Shown: one piece after another, positions 21,629 through 32,978 of the stretch
How positions within the stretch are numbered: position 1 is the first letter of the stretch
Layout: every line of letters starts with the position of its first letter
DNA from: an uncultured bacterium
GTDB taxonomy: Bacteria; Krumholzibacteriota; Krumholzibacteriia; LZORAL124-64-63
Assembly: GCA_963727525.1 (NCBI GenBank)
Contig: CAVSGO010000007.1
Span: 192,001 to 256,000, forward strand
Direction: 5' to 3'
DNA: 64,000 bases
Position numbers and translations under genes: made by a program
The notes under the pieces: generated by a model
Seen by the model: the letters and a program-made list of their open reading frames with translations, nothing else
What the model was told of the DNA's origin: nothing
Database searches by the model: none

Positions 21629-23311
21629 TCATTTCACGAGCAAGACTTTCATCTGCCGAACCCGTTCGCCTGCGCGCAGTCTTAGCACGTATGGTCCGCT
21701 CGCGCAGCGGCGACCGCCATCGTCGTGGCCATCCCAGCGCACGGTCGCCACACCGGCCGGTCGCGTGCCGTCGACGAGAGCGCGCACCCGCCGTCCCGCA
21801 GCGTCGTACACGGCCAGTTCGACGGAACCTGCTACCGGGACCGCGTAGGTGACGGTCGTCAGCGGATTGAACGGATTCGGCGCGCATTGCAGGCGCAACC
21901 CGGCGACCGCCGGCGTATCGTGCACAGGCGTACTCTGCAGGGCCTGGATCGCGGCGAACGCGTTCACCTTCACGCCCAACGGTTGGTCATAGGCCGCCAT
22001 ATCGCCGGTGTCGATGAGGTGCTGGCGCACCTGCGCCGGCGTGAGGCCGGCACTGGCACTGTGGATCAGGCCGCACACGCCGGCCACGAGCGGACACGCC
22101 ATGGATGTGCCGTCGCAGTACATGTACGGGTTGGTGCCGTCCCACTCGTAGAGGAGGGTGTAGAGCAGGCCCGTGAGGAAGTCGAACTCGTAGTTCGTCT
22201 GGATCGTCGACCAGATGTGCTCGCCCGGGGCGTTCACCGTGACCCAGTTGCCGTAGGACGAGAAACTCGAGCGCTGACCGTTGTTGCTGGTGGAACCCAC
22301 CGAGATCACGCCGTCGCAGGCCGCGGGATACACGAGCGAGGCGTCGTTGTTGTTGCCTGCCGCGGCGACGCAGACGATGTCCGCCGCGGTAGCCTGGTCG
22401 ATCAGATTCTGGAAGAACGCCGCGGCGCCCCCCTCGTCGGGTCCGCCGAAGCTCATAGAGACCACGTCGGCTCCGTTGTCGATGGCGTAGAGGAAGGCCT
22501 CGGTGATCGCCGCGTCGGTGAACGCGCTGTTCGAGTCGACGATCTTCAGCGGCATGAGGCGGCAACCACCGGCCGCGCCGGCCACGCCCACCCCGTTGTC
22601 CGTGACGGCGGCTGCGATTCCCGCGCAATGCGTCCCGTGGAATCCCACGTCGAGTCCCTGCTCGAGCGTCGTGTGCGGGCGCGCGTCGGCGTCGTGGTTG
22701 CCGAAATCCCAGCCGCGTACGTCGTCCACGTAGCCGTTGCCGTCGTCGTCGAGGCCGTTGCCGGCCACCTCGCCGGAATTCGTCCACACGCTGCCCGCAA
22801 GGTCGGGATGGCTCCAGTCGACACCGGTGTCCATGATCGCGATCACCGTGCTCGCGACTCCCAGCCCGAGGTCCCAGGCTTCGGCGAGATGAATGCCGGC
22901 GCTGTTGCCCGGCTGCAGGTGCCACTGATTACCGAAGTAGGGATCGTTTGGAACCAGGAAGAGCTGCCGCAGTCCGTTCACCGCGGCCACGGCGATCTCG
23001 GGGCGCGAGGCGAGCGCGGCCGCGGCCTCGGCCTCGTCGAGGTCGGGATCGTCGCTCTGCAGGAGCAGATAGCGGCGATCGCGGTCGACCAGTGGACCGA
23101 TCTTGTGCACGATGGTGGTGCCGCGTACGAAACCCCGCGTAACGAGCGCAGCATCGAGTCCGGGGGAGGCCGCGGCGAGCTGGCCGTTCGCCGTCACGCG
23201 CAGCGCGTCGGGATGATCGAGGACAACGAGAACCTGGCCGGGCACGTGCGCGGCGAGGGCCGGCAAGGCCGCGGCGAGCATGAGGACGGGAAGGGCGAGT
23301 CGTAAGCGCAT
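21629..23311 (-). CDS. Secreted S8 subtilisin-like serine peptidase with C-terminal FlgD-Ig domain
   Basis: Signal peptide and catalytic triad motifs DTG, HGTH and GTSMA. GNGLDDDGNGYVDD loop. C-terminal PNPFNP...WDG domain. Confidence 0.92.
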   Translation of the reverse strand: MRLRLALPVLMLAAALPALAAHVPGQVLVVLDHPDALRVTANGQLAAASPGLDAALVTRGFVRGTTIVHKIGPLVDRDRRYLLLQSDDPDLDEAEAAAALASRPEIAVAAVNGLRQLFLVPNDPYFGNQWHLQPGNSAGIHLAEAWDLGLGVASTVIAIMDTGVDWSHPDLAGSVWTNSGEVAGNGLDDDGNGYVDDVRGWDFGNHDADARPHTTLEQGLDVGFHGTHCAGIAAAVTDNGVGVAGAAGGCRLMPLKIVDSNSAFTDAAITEAFLYAIDNGADVVSMSFGGPDEGGAAAFFQNLIDQATAADIVCVAAAGNNNDASLVYPAACDGVISVGSTSNNGQRSSFSSYGNWVTVNAPGEHIWSTIQTNYEFDFLTGLLYTLLYEWDGTNPYMYCDGTSMACPLVAGVCGLIHSASAGLTPAQVRQHLIDTGDMAAYDQPLGVKVNAFAAIQALQSTPVHDTPAVAGLRLQCAPNPFNPLTTVTYAVPVAGSVELAVYDAAGRRVRALVDGTRPAGVATVRWDGHDDGGRRCASGPYVLRLRAGERVRQMKVLLVK

Positions 23312-23371
23312 GGGGGAACTCCTTTGTCGGAGGTTGGCGTTTGCCGCGATGATAGCAGATGCCTCCGCGAC

Positions 23372-24732
<1,361 letters not shown>

Positions 24733-24733
<1 letters not shown>

Positions 24734-25788
24734 CAAGCCCCCTCACTTACGAAAGGCAGCTGGACGACGACGCGTGCGCCGGGCGAATGCGTCTCGTCGA
24801 CGGTGAGCCGCCCCCCGTGATCTCGCGCGATGCGCATGCCGGTGGCGAGGCCGAGGCCCGTGCCGCCCTCGCGCGTGGAGTAGAAGGGCGTGCCGAGCGC
24901 GGTCAGCGCTTCGCTCGTGAACCCGGGACCGGTGTCCGTGACGCAGAGGGCGATCGCCGCGTCGGTTCGCTCGAGCGCCAGGGACACCGTGCCGTCCGGG
25001 CCGGCGGCCGCTGCGGCGTTCAGGGCGAGGTTGAGCAGGAGCTGTCGCAATTGCACCGGATCGCCGGCCAGCGTCCAGGCGCCCGGGGGCACGTCGACAT
25101 CCACCCGGGGCGCGCCTTCGCGCGCGCGCAGCAGGTCGGCGATCTCGCGCAGTTCGAGGGCCAGGTCGACCGGCTGGCGCGTGCGGCCGGCCGGCCGGGC
25201 GAAATCGAGGAAGCGCGTGAGGACGTCGTTCAGGCGCGCGGCTTCCTCCTGCAGGATGTGCAGGAACCGGCTCTTGGGGTGTGCCGCGGGAAACTCGCTG
25301 GCCAGGATGTCGGCCGAACCCTTGATGCTGGCCAGGGGATTGCGGATCTCGTGCGCGAGGCCCGCCGAGAGCTTTCCCACGGCAGCCAGCCGCTCGCTGC
25401 GCACGAGCTCGCGCTGGGCCTGCTGCAGCCTTGCCAGCGCCGCACGCTGCCGGTCCACGAGCATACCGCACACCAGCCCGACTGCGAGGTATAGCACCAT
25501 CTCGAGGACCTTCTCCAGCGACGGCGCCGGATCGAAGCCGATGAGGCCGAAAGCATGGGGCACGTACATGGCGCACACCGCCACCGCGGTGAGCAGGCCC
25601 GCCCGCCGGCCGCCGCGGAACGCCGCGATGATGATCGGGAAGTAGTAGAGACGCCGGTAGATGCCATGCAGCGCGTGCACGTGCATTGCCGTGTTGTAGT
25701 GCAGCAGCGACACGAGCAGCACCATGGCGCCGATCGTGGCGTACCTCGTCGTCCAGTTTCGTAGGCTGTGTGCGCCGGTTGTCGCCAT
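24733..25788 (-). CDS. Membrane sensor histidine kinase
   Basis: Four N-terminal TM helices with a His-rich loop, H-box LAHEIRNPL, N-box NLALNA, DTGPG and GTGLGL. Confidence 0.92.
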
Positions 25789-25819
25789 CACCTCGCTCCG
25801 GACTGCACAATAGTCTCCA

Positions 25820-25876
25820 TTGTCGTGCCCCAACATTGGCGAATATTCTCCAGGTCGCACCTTGTCAGAAGCCAAC
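25820..25876 (+). promoter_or_regulatory. Two phased candidate enhancer (UAS) sites TTGTC-N5-CCAAC
   Basis: Identical-arm motif at 25820-25834 and 25862-25876, 42 bp apart, upstream of the -24/-12 element. Confidence 0.55.
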
Positions 25877-25902
25877 TCGCTGTCAATCATGGGCTTGCGT
25901 TC

Positions 25903-25917
25903 TGGCGCGCCCCTTGC
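25903..25917 (+). promoter_or_regulatory. Sigma-54 (-24/-12) promoter of the efflux operon
   Basis: TGGCGC-GCCCC-TTGC, with GG and GC separated by exactly 10 nt. It is adjacent to a GAFTGA activator gene. Confidence 0.8.
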
Positions 25918-25954
25918 CCTCCCTGGCCGGACCCTTAACCGAAGGATGGCGGCC

Positions 25955-26086
25955 ATGGCCCTCTTACTGAATCTCCTGGTGGTGGCGATCCTGGCCGCGC
26001 TGGTCTGGCGGGCGGTGCGAGACGACGCTCCGGAACCCATGGACCACCCGTACCGGGACGACACCAAGCGAGGCGACGATGCGTGA
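25955..26086 (+). CDS. Small single-TM protein heading the efflux operon (43 aa)
   Basis: GAAGGA RBS, then MALLLNLLVVAILAALVWRAVRDDAPEPMDHPY. It overlaps the TolC-family start. Confidence 0.5.
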   Translation: MALLLNLLVVAILAALVWRAVRDDAPEPMDHPYRDDTKRGDDA

Positions 26087-27431
26087 CCCCTGGAAATGGC
26101 TGCTCATCGTGCTCCTGTCCCTTGCCGTCGGCGCCATGCCGGACCCCGCCGGTGCGGCCGACGACGCGCCGGCGTTCGCCGACCTCGGGGTGCGCTTCTC
26201 GGTGACGCCCGTCGACTCGTTGCCGACCGCGGCCGACCTCGCCACCTACGTGGGTTACGCGCTCGCGCATCATCCCGAGCTGGCAGCCGCTCGCGCCACC
26301 TGGCGCGCCAGCGGAGCCGCCGCGCGCGCGGCCGGCGGACTGCCCGATCCCCACCTGGGCTGGGGCGAGATGGTGCAGAGTGTGGAGACGCGCGTGGGCC
26401 CGCAGGAGCGCGTGCTGTCGCTGCAGCAGTCGCTGCCCTGGTTCGGCACGCTCGGTGCCCGACGCCGGGCGGCGAGCGACCGTGCCGATGCCGCCGGGGC
26501 ACGTCTCGCCCAGGCGGCGCTCGCGGTCATGGGCGACGTGAAGGACGCCTGGTACGACGCCGCGTTCCTCGCGGAGAGCATGCAAGTGACCCGTCGCCAT
26601 CTCGTCATCCTCGACCAGCTCGAGGCGGCTTCGCGCGCGGCGTACGAGAGCGGCGGCGGCGGCTACGCCAACCTGCTGAAGGCCCAGATCGAGCGCACGC
26701 GCCTGCAGGAGCGCCTCGACGACCTCGCCGACCACCGCCGCGCCGTGGCGGCACGGCTCAACGCGGCTCTCGGCCGTCCCGTGGATGCGCCGCTGGCGCT
26801 GCCCGATTCGTTGCCAGCGACACGTCCGGCGGTACCCGACTCGGCGACGCTCCTGTCCCAGCAGGCGATGGTGCATCCCCAGCTCGTCGCGCGCGACCGC
26901 GAACGGGCTGCAGCCGCCGCCGACGTCGCTGCCGCTCGCAAACTCGGCTGGCCGTCGCTGACGCTCGGCGTCGACTGGATCCAGGTGGGCGCGGCGCGGA
27001 TGGACGGCGTGCCGGACAGCGGCAAGGATGCGGTCGTCGCGCGCCTCGGGCTGTCGCTGCCGGTCTGGCGCGGCAAGGTGGCTGGCGCCGTACAGTCAGC
27101 GAACAGCCGGGAGCGCGCGCAGGACGACCTGCGCCTCGCCGAGCAGCGCACCCTGGCGGCGAAGCTCGAGGGTGCGCTCGCCGACGTCGCCACGGCGCGG
27201 CGCCGGGACGACGTGCACGGGCGCGAGCTGATCCCGCGGGCGCGCCAGTCGCTCGCCTCGGTCCAGGCCGCGTACGCCGCTGGCAGCGCCGGTTTTCTCG
27301 ACGTGCTGGAAGCGGAACGCACGCTCCTCGATCTCGACCTCGCCGCGCGCATGGCCCGCCGCGATCTGTGGCAGGCGGCGACCCGGGTGGAGACTCTCAC
27401 AGCCATGCCCATGACGGGCAGGAGCGAATGA
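26079..27431 (+). CDS. TolC/CusC-family outer-membrane efflux protein
   Basis: Signal peptide, ALAHHPEL, QSLPWFG, GLSLPVW and FLDVLEA repeats. First large gene of the RND operon. Confidence 0.88.
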   Translation: MRDPWKWLLIVLLSLAVGAMPDPAGAADDAPAFADLGVRFSVTPVDSLPTAADLATYVGYALAHHPELAAARATWRASGAAARAAGGLPDPHLGWGEMVQSVETRVGPQERVLSLQQSLPWFGTLGARRRAASDRADAAGARLAQAALAVMGDVKDAWYDAAFLAESMQVTRRHLVILDQLEAASRAAYESGGGGYANLLKAQIERTRLQERLDDLADHRRAVAARLNAALGRPVDAPLALPDSLPATRPAVPDSATLLSQQAMVHPQLVARDRERAAAAADVAAARKLGWPSLTLGVDWIQVGAARMDGVPDSGKDAVVARLGLSLPVWRGKVAGAVQSANSRERAQDDLRLAEQRTLAAKLEGALADVATARRRDDVHGRELIPRARQSLASVQAAYAAGSAGFLDVLEAERTLLDLDLAARMARRDLWQAATRVETLTAMPMTGRSE

Positions 27432-27432
27432 T

Positions 27433-29139
27433 ATGAGCAAGCGCATGATCCTCGGAATCGGCGTAGTCGTCGTGGTGGCCGCGTTCGGACTCGGACACCT
27501 CGCTGGGCGTGGAACCCATGGCGATGCCCCCGTGGCGACGGCGGTGCCGGCGGACGCGGCGGCGACTGTGTGGACCTGCAGCATGCACCCGCAGATCAAG
27601 CTGCCACATCCCGGCAAGTGCCCCATCTGCTTCATGGACCTCATCCCGCTCGTGGCTGAGCCGGCCAACGCAGGCCTGGGGCCTCGCGACCTCGTGTTGT
27701 CGCCAAATGCGGCGGCCCTGGCCGAGATCGAGACGACTCCCGTGCGCCGCGCCGCCGCGACCCGCAACGTCGATCTGGTGGGCAAGATCGCCGCCGACGA
27801 GACCCGCACGCGCGTGCTCACGGCCCGGGTGGCTGGTCGCCTCGACCGCCTCCACGTCGATGTCACCGGCCAGGTGGTCCGCGAGGGGCAACCGCTCGCG
27901 GAGATCTACAGCCCGCGTCTCTTTGCCGCGCACGCCGAGCTGATCGCGGCTCGGCAGGCGGCCGATCGTGGGGAGCCCGGCGCTGCGGAGAATCTCGCAA
28001 GCGTGCGCGAACGCCTGCACCTGCTGGGACTGCCGTCCGCGCAGATCGACGCCATGGAGACGGCGTCGGCGAGCGACCACGTCACCCTGCCCGCGCCGCT
28101 GGCGGGCGTCGTGGTGCATCGCGCGGTTCTCGAGGGCGCCTACGTGCAGGAAGGGTCGCCGCTGTTCACGATCGCCGACCTGTCACAGGTTTGGGTGGAG
28201 CTGCAGGCCTACGAATCGGACCTGGCGTGGCTCCACGAGGGGCAGTCCGCCGACTTCACCGTCACGGCGTTGCCGGGCCGCACGTTCCATGGCACCGTGG
28301 TGCTCATCGATCCGGTCCTCGATCCCACGACCCGCACGGTGCGTGTGAGGCTGAATGCCGCCAACCCAGACGGCAGCCTGAAGCCGGGGATGCTGGTCCG
28401 CGGTCGGGTCATGAGTGCGCTTGCGGGCGCGGTGTCGTCGCCACTTCTGATCCCCGCGACGGCGCCGTTGCTCACCGGCAAACGCGCCGTCGTCTATGTG
28501 AGGCTGCCGGGTGATGAACCGCATTTCCAGGGCCGCGAGGTCACGCTGGGTCCGCGGACGAACGATGGCTACGTGGTGCTTTCCGGACTGCGCGAGGGCG
28601 AGCAGGTCGTCACGCACGGCGCGTTCAAGATCGACAGTGCGCTGCAGATCCTCGCGCGGCCGAGCATGATGTCCGAACCTAGCGAGGAGGAACCGCAGCC
28701 GATGGCCGATATGGCGGCCCCCACCGCGGCGGCCGAACCCGTCCCCGCCGCGGCCGTCGACGCTTACCTCGCATTGCAGGCTGCACTCGCCGGCGACGAC
28801 GACGGCGTGGCGCGGGATGCGGCGAGGCGCCTCACAGCGGCCATCCCCGCCGCCGACCTGTCCGACCTGGACCGACTCGCGCGGGCCACGGCCGAGGCCG
28901 CCGACCTTGCCGCGCGGCGCGAAGCTTTCTCGCCCCTGTCCGATCGGCTGTGGGGCGCCCTGAGCAGCGGTGGCTGGCAAGGCGACACGGCGCTACGCCG
29001 TTTCCACTGCCCGATGGCCTTCGACAGCCGCGGCGCCGACTGGGTACAGACCGATACCACCACCGCCAACCCGTACTACGGCGCGACGATGCTGCGCTGC
29101 GGCAGCGAGACGGCCGTCCTTACGCCCAAGGAGCATTGA
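27433..29139 (+). CDS. cusB: CusB-family RND periplasmic adaptor with heavy-metal-binding N-domain and DUF3347-like C-domain
   Basis: WTCSMHPQI...GKCPICFMDL, IYSP, LKPGM, and C-terminal HCPMA...W...NPYYGATMLRCG. Confidence 0.9.
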   Translation: MSKRMILGIGVVVVVAAFGLGHLAGRGTHGDAPVATAVPADAAATVWTCSMHPQIKLPHPGKCPICFMDLIPLVAEPANAGLGPRDLVLSPNAAALAEIETTPVRRAAATRNVDLVGKIAADETRTRVLTARVAGRLDRLHVDVTGQVVREGQPLAEIYSPRLFAAHAELIAARQAADRGEPGAAENLASVRERLHLLGLPSAQIDAMETASASDHVTLPAPLAGVVVHRAVLEGAYVQEGSPLFTIADLSQVWVELQAYESDLAWLHEGQSADFTVTALPGRTFHGTVVLIDPVLDPTTRTVRVRLNAANPDGSLKPGMLVRGRVMSALAGAVSSPLLIPATAPLLTGKRAVVYVRLPGDEPHFQGREVTLGPRTNDGYVVLSGLREGEQVVTHGAFKIDSALQILARPSMMSEPSEEEPQPMADMAAPTAAAEPVPAAAVDAYLALQAALAGDDDGVARDAARRLTAAIPAADLSDLDRLARATAEAADLAARREAFSPLSDRLWGALSSGGWQGDTALRRFHCPMAFDSRGADWVQTDTTTANPYYGATMLRCGSETAVLTPKEH

Positions 29140-29140
29140 G

Positions 29141-32100
29141 ATGACCGACCAGGGCCGCCATGGCGTACTGGACGGCGTGATCGCCTTCTGCCTCGACAAC
29201 AAGCTCGTGGTGTTCCTCGTGCTGGCGCTGGCCGTGGGCTGGGGACTGGCCACCGCGCCCTTCGCCTGGCATCTCGGCGGCTGGCCGCGCGATCCCGTGC
29301 CGGTGGACGCGATCCCCGATCTGGGCGAGAACCAGCAGATCGTCTTCACCGAGTGGCCCGGGCGCTCACCGCGCGACGTGGAGGACCAGATCACCTACCC
29401 GCTCACGTCGGCGCTGCTGGGTGTGCCGGACGTGCGCACGGTGCGCAGCTACTCGATGTTCGGCTTCTCGTCGATCTACGTCATCTTCAAGGACAGGTCC
29501 GACTTCTACGACTCCCGCTCCCGCATCCTCGAGAAACTCGCCAGCCTGCCCACCGGCACGCTGCCGCCGAGCGTTTCGCCGGCACTGGGCCCTGACGCGA
29601 CGGCGCTCGGTCAGGTCTTCATGTACACGCTCGAGGGCCGCGATGCGCATGGGCGCACCACCGGTGGCTGGGATCTCGACGAGCTGCGCTCGATCCAGGA
29701 TTTCCAGGTGAAGAACGCCCTGCTCTCGGCCGAGGGCATCGCCGAGGTGGCGTCGGTCGGCGGATTCGTACGCGAGTACCAGGTGGAGGTCGATCCCGAT
29801 CAGCTGCACCGCTACGACCTGTCCCTCGACGATGTGGTGCGGGCCGTACGCGAGAGCAATGCGGAGGTGGGCGCGCGTACGCTCGAGATCAACCGCGTCG
29901 AATACGTGGTGCGCGGCGTGGGCTTCGTGAAGACGGTGGAGGACATCGGAAAGAGCGTGGTGGCGGTACACGGCGAGGTTCCCATCACGGTGGCCGATGT
30001 CGCCCATGTGACCACCGGCCCGGCGCTGCGCCGCGGCGCGCTCGACGCGGCCGGAGCCGAGGCGGTGGGCGGCATCGTCGTGGTGCGCTACGGAGAGAAT
30101 CCTCTGGCCGCGATCTCGCGGGTGAAGGACAAGATCGCCGAGATCGCGCACGCGTTGCCGCGCAAGACGCTCGACGATGGCACCGTGAGCCAGGTCGCCA
30201 TCGTGCCGTTCTATGACCGTTCGGGCCTGATCCACGAGACGCTGGGTACGCTCAACGACGCACTGAGTCTGGAGATCCTGATCACCATCCTCGTGGTGAT
30301 CGTCATGGTCGCGAACCTGCGCAGCGGATTGATGATCGCGGGCTTGCTGCCGGTGGCCGTGCTGCTGTGCTTCGTGGCGATGAAGACGGCCGGCGTCGAG
30401 GCCAACATCGTCGCTCTCTCGGGCATCGCCATCGCCATCGGTACCATGGTGGACATGGGCATCGTGCTCACGGAGAACATGCTGCGGCGGCTGGAGGAGG
30501 CCGCTGCCGACACGCCGCGGCGCGACGTGATCTTCGCCGCGGCGGCCGAGGTGGCGCCGGCTGTGCTCACGGCCGTGATGACCACGATCCTCGGCTTCCT
30601 GCCGGTCTTCACGCTCACCGCGGCCGAGGGCAAGCTCTTCAGGCCGCTGGCCTTCACCAAGACCTTCGCGCTCGCGGCCGCGCTCCTGCTCGCGGTGCTC
30701 GTCATGCCGCCGCTTGCGCAGATCGTGCTGGCCACGCGTGCACCGCGGCGGCTGCGGCGGTTGCACACGAGCGGACAGCGGCTGACCGCATCGCTGCCAG
30801 CATGGCTGCGCGGGAATCTGGCCACGTGGGTCGTGGCGCTCGTCGTGCTCGTGCTGCTGGCCGGACGCTGGCTGCCCCTCGGCCCACAGCGTGGCCTGCT
30901 CGTGAACGTGTTCTTTGTGGTGCTGGTGACGGGCGGATTGCTCAGCGTGTTCGCGGTATTCCAGCGCGGCTACCCGCGGCTGCTGGCCGGTTGCCTGCGC
31001 CACAAGGCGCTGTTCCTCGTGCTGCCGGCGCTGGTCATCCTGGGCGGCTTCACTGTGTGGCTGGGATTCGATCGTGTCTTCGCCATGTTGCCGGGCGCCG
31101 GCGCCCACGGAGGCGACGGGAGCGCCTGGTCGCGCGTGTGGGCGGCACCGCGCCACGCGTTTCCCGGCCTGGGCAAGGAGTTCATGCCGCCGCTGGACGA
31201 GGGTAGCTACCTCTACATGCCCACGACCATGGCCCACGCATCGATCGGCGAAGCGCAGGATGTGATCAGCAAGCTCGACGAGGCCATTGCCACGATTCCA
31301 GAGGTGGCGCAGACGGTGGGCAAGCTGGGCCGCGCCGACTCGGCCCTCGATCCGGCGCCGATCTCCATGATCGAGACGGTGATCAACATCAAGCCGGAGT
31401 ACGTGATCGACGCGCAGGGCAACCGGCTTCGCTTCGAGTACGATCGCAAGTACCACGCCTTCGTGCGTGACGCGCAGGGTGCGCTGATCCCCGATCCCCA
31501 CGGCCGACCCTTCCGTCAGTGGCGCCCGGAGATCCGCACGGCCGACGACATCTGGGACGAGATCGTCCGCGTGGCGCAGATTCCCGGTACCACGAGCGCG
31601 CCGAAGCTGCAACCCATCGGCACCCGCCTCGTCATGCTGCAGAGCGGCATGCGCGCGCCCATGGGCCTGAAGGTGCGGGGACCGTCGCTGGAAGCCATCG
31701 ACACGGCCGGCCGCGAGCTCGAGGCGTTGCTCAAGGAGGTGCCGTCGATCAATCCCGCCACCGTGGTGGCCGATCGCATGGTGGGCAAACCGTATCTGGA
31801 GATCGTGGTTGATCGCGACGCCGCCGCACGGCACGGATTGACGGTGGCGCACATTCAGCGGGAGATCCAGACGGCGATCGGCGGACGCACGGCCACGACC
31901 ACGGTGGAAGGACGCGAGCGTTACGATGTGCTCGTGCGCTACCAGCGCGAGCGGCGCGACGACCTCGAGGCGGTCATGCAGGTCGCCATCAAGGCGCCCG
32001 GCGGACATTTCGTGCCCCTGGGCGAGGTGGCGCACCTGCGTTATGTGCGGGGCCCGCAGGTGATCAAGAGCGAGGACACGTTCCTCGTGGGCTATGTGAT

Positions 32101-32848
32101 CTTCGACAAGCAGCCGGACGTGGCGGAGGTCGATGTCGTGGAGCAGGCGCGCGACTTCCTCGCGGCGAAGCGCGCCGCCGGCACACTGGTACTGCCCGCC
32201 GGCGTGAACTACGTCTTCGCCGGCAGCTTCGAGAACCAGGTGCGCAGCCAGAAGACCCTCGCGGTGGTCATGCCGCTGGCGTTGCTGCTCATCCTGCTGG
32301 TGCTGTACTTGCAGTTCAAGTCGGCCGGCACCACGATCATGGTCTTCGGCGGCATCTTCCTGGCCTGGGCCGGTGGGTTCTGGCTGATCTGGCTGTACAA
32401 CCAACCGTGGTTCCTGCACGCCACGGTCTTCGGCGTGAACCTGCGCGACCTCTTCCAGATCCACACGATCAACCTGAGCGTGGCCGTGTGGGTGGGCTTC
32501 ATCGCCCTGTTTGGCGTGGCCTCGGACGACGGCGTGGTGATGGCCACATACCTCGACCAGAGCTTCGCCGCGCGCCGTCCCGACACCTGCGCCGACGTGC
32601 GCAGCGCCGTGATCGCCGGCGCGACGCGTCGCCTGCGGCCGGCGCTCATGACCTCGGCCACGACGATCCTGGCCCTGCTGCCCGTGCTCACCCTCACCGG
32701 CCGCGGCGCCGACATCATGGTACCCATGGCCATCCCAAGTTTCGGCGGCATGTCCATGGCCCTGCTCACGCTCTTCATCGTGCCGACACTGTACTGTTGG
32801 CGCGAGGAGCGCCGTCTGGCGAGCGGTGGTGCGGCTGCTGGAGCATGA
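29141..32848 (+). CDS. cusA: CusA-family heavy-metal (Cu/Ag) RND efflux pump
   Basis: Motifs VDAIPDLGENQQIVFTEWPG, GIAIAIGTMVD, GKEFMPPLDEG..LYMPTT, DPAPISMIET and RLRPALMT. Confidence 0.93.
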   Translation: MTDQGRHGVLDGVIAFCLDNKLVVFLVLALAVGWGLATAPFAWHLGGWPRDPVPVDAIPDLGENQQIVFTEWPGRSPRDVEDQITYPLTSALLGVPDVRTVRSYSMFGFSSIYVIFKDRSDFYDSRSRILEKLASLPTGTLPPSVSPALGPDATALGQVFMYTLEGRDAHGRTTGGWDLDELRSIQDFQVKNALLSAEGIAEVASVGGFVREYQVEVDPDQLHRYDLSLDDVVRAVRESNAEVGARTLEINRVEYVVRGVGFVKTVEDIGKSVVAVHGEVPITVADVAHVTTGPALRRGALDAAGAEAVGGIVVVRYGENPLAAISRVKDKIAEIAHALPRKTLDDGTVSQVAIVPFYDRSGLIHETLGTLNDALSLEILITILVVIVMVANLRSGLMIAGLLPVAVLLCFVAMKTAGVEANIVALSGIAIAIGTMVDMGIVLTENMLRRLEEAAADTPRRDVIFAAAAEVAPAVLTAVMTTILGFLPVFTLTAAEGKLFRPLAFTKTFALAAALLLAVLVMPPLAQIVLATRAPRRLRRLHTSGQRLTASLPAWLRGNLATWVVALVVLVLLAGRWLPLGPQRGLLVNVFFVVLVTGGLLSVFAVFQRGYPRLLAGCLRHKALFLVLPALVILGGFTVWLGFDRVFAMLPGAGAHGGDGSAWSRVWAAPRHAFPGLGKEFMPPLDEGSYLYMPTTMAHASIGEAQDVISKLDEAIATIPEVAQTVGKLGRADSALDPAPISMIETVINIKPEYVIDAQGNRLRFEYDRKYHAFVRDAQGALIPDPHGRPFRQWRPEIRTADDIWDEIVRVAQIPGTTSAPKLQPIGTRLVMLQSGMRAPMGLKVRGPSLEAIDTAGRELEALLKEVPSINPATVVADRMVGKPYLEIVVDRDAAARHGLTVAHIQREIQTAIGGRTATTTVEGRERYDVLVRYQRERRDDLEAVMQVAIKAPGGHFVPLGEVAHLRYVRGPQVIKSEDTFLVGYVIFDKQPDVAEVDVVEQARDFLAAKRAAGTLVLPAGVNYVFAGSFENQVRSQKTLAVVMPLALLLILLVLYLQFKSAGTTIMVFGGIFLAWAGGFWLIWLYNQPWFLHATVFGVNLRDLFQIHTINLSVAVWVGFIALFGVASDDGVVMATYLDQSFAARRPDTCADVRSAVIAGATRRLRPALMTSATTILALLPVLTLTGRGADIMVPMAIPSFGGMSMALLTLFIVPTLYCWREERRLASGGAAAGA

Positions 32849-32891
32849 TGGCCGCGATTCTCCTCGGAGTGCGACGCCGGGGCAAGGCGGT

Positions 32892-32911
32892 CCGGACCTT
32901 GACAGGTCCGG
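32892..32911. promoter_or_regulatory. Perfect inverted repeat overlapping a TTGACA -35 box
   Basis: CCGGACCT-TGAC-AGGTCCGG. TTGACA lies at 32899-32904, upstream of the sulfatase gene. Confidence 0.45.
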
Positions 32912-32978
32912 GCCCCGGCCTATCTATTGCCAGGAGTCGCCTTCCTCAATGGCCCGATTTGCCCCACAGGACCGTGAG

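Noticed and set aside
29366-32464. 1032-aa minus-strand ORF
   Set aside because: Antisense shadow of cusA.
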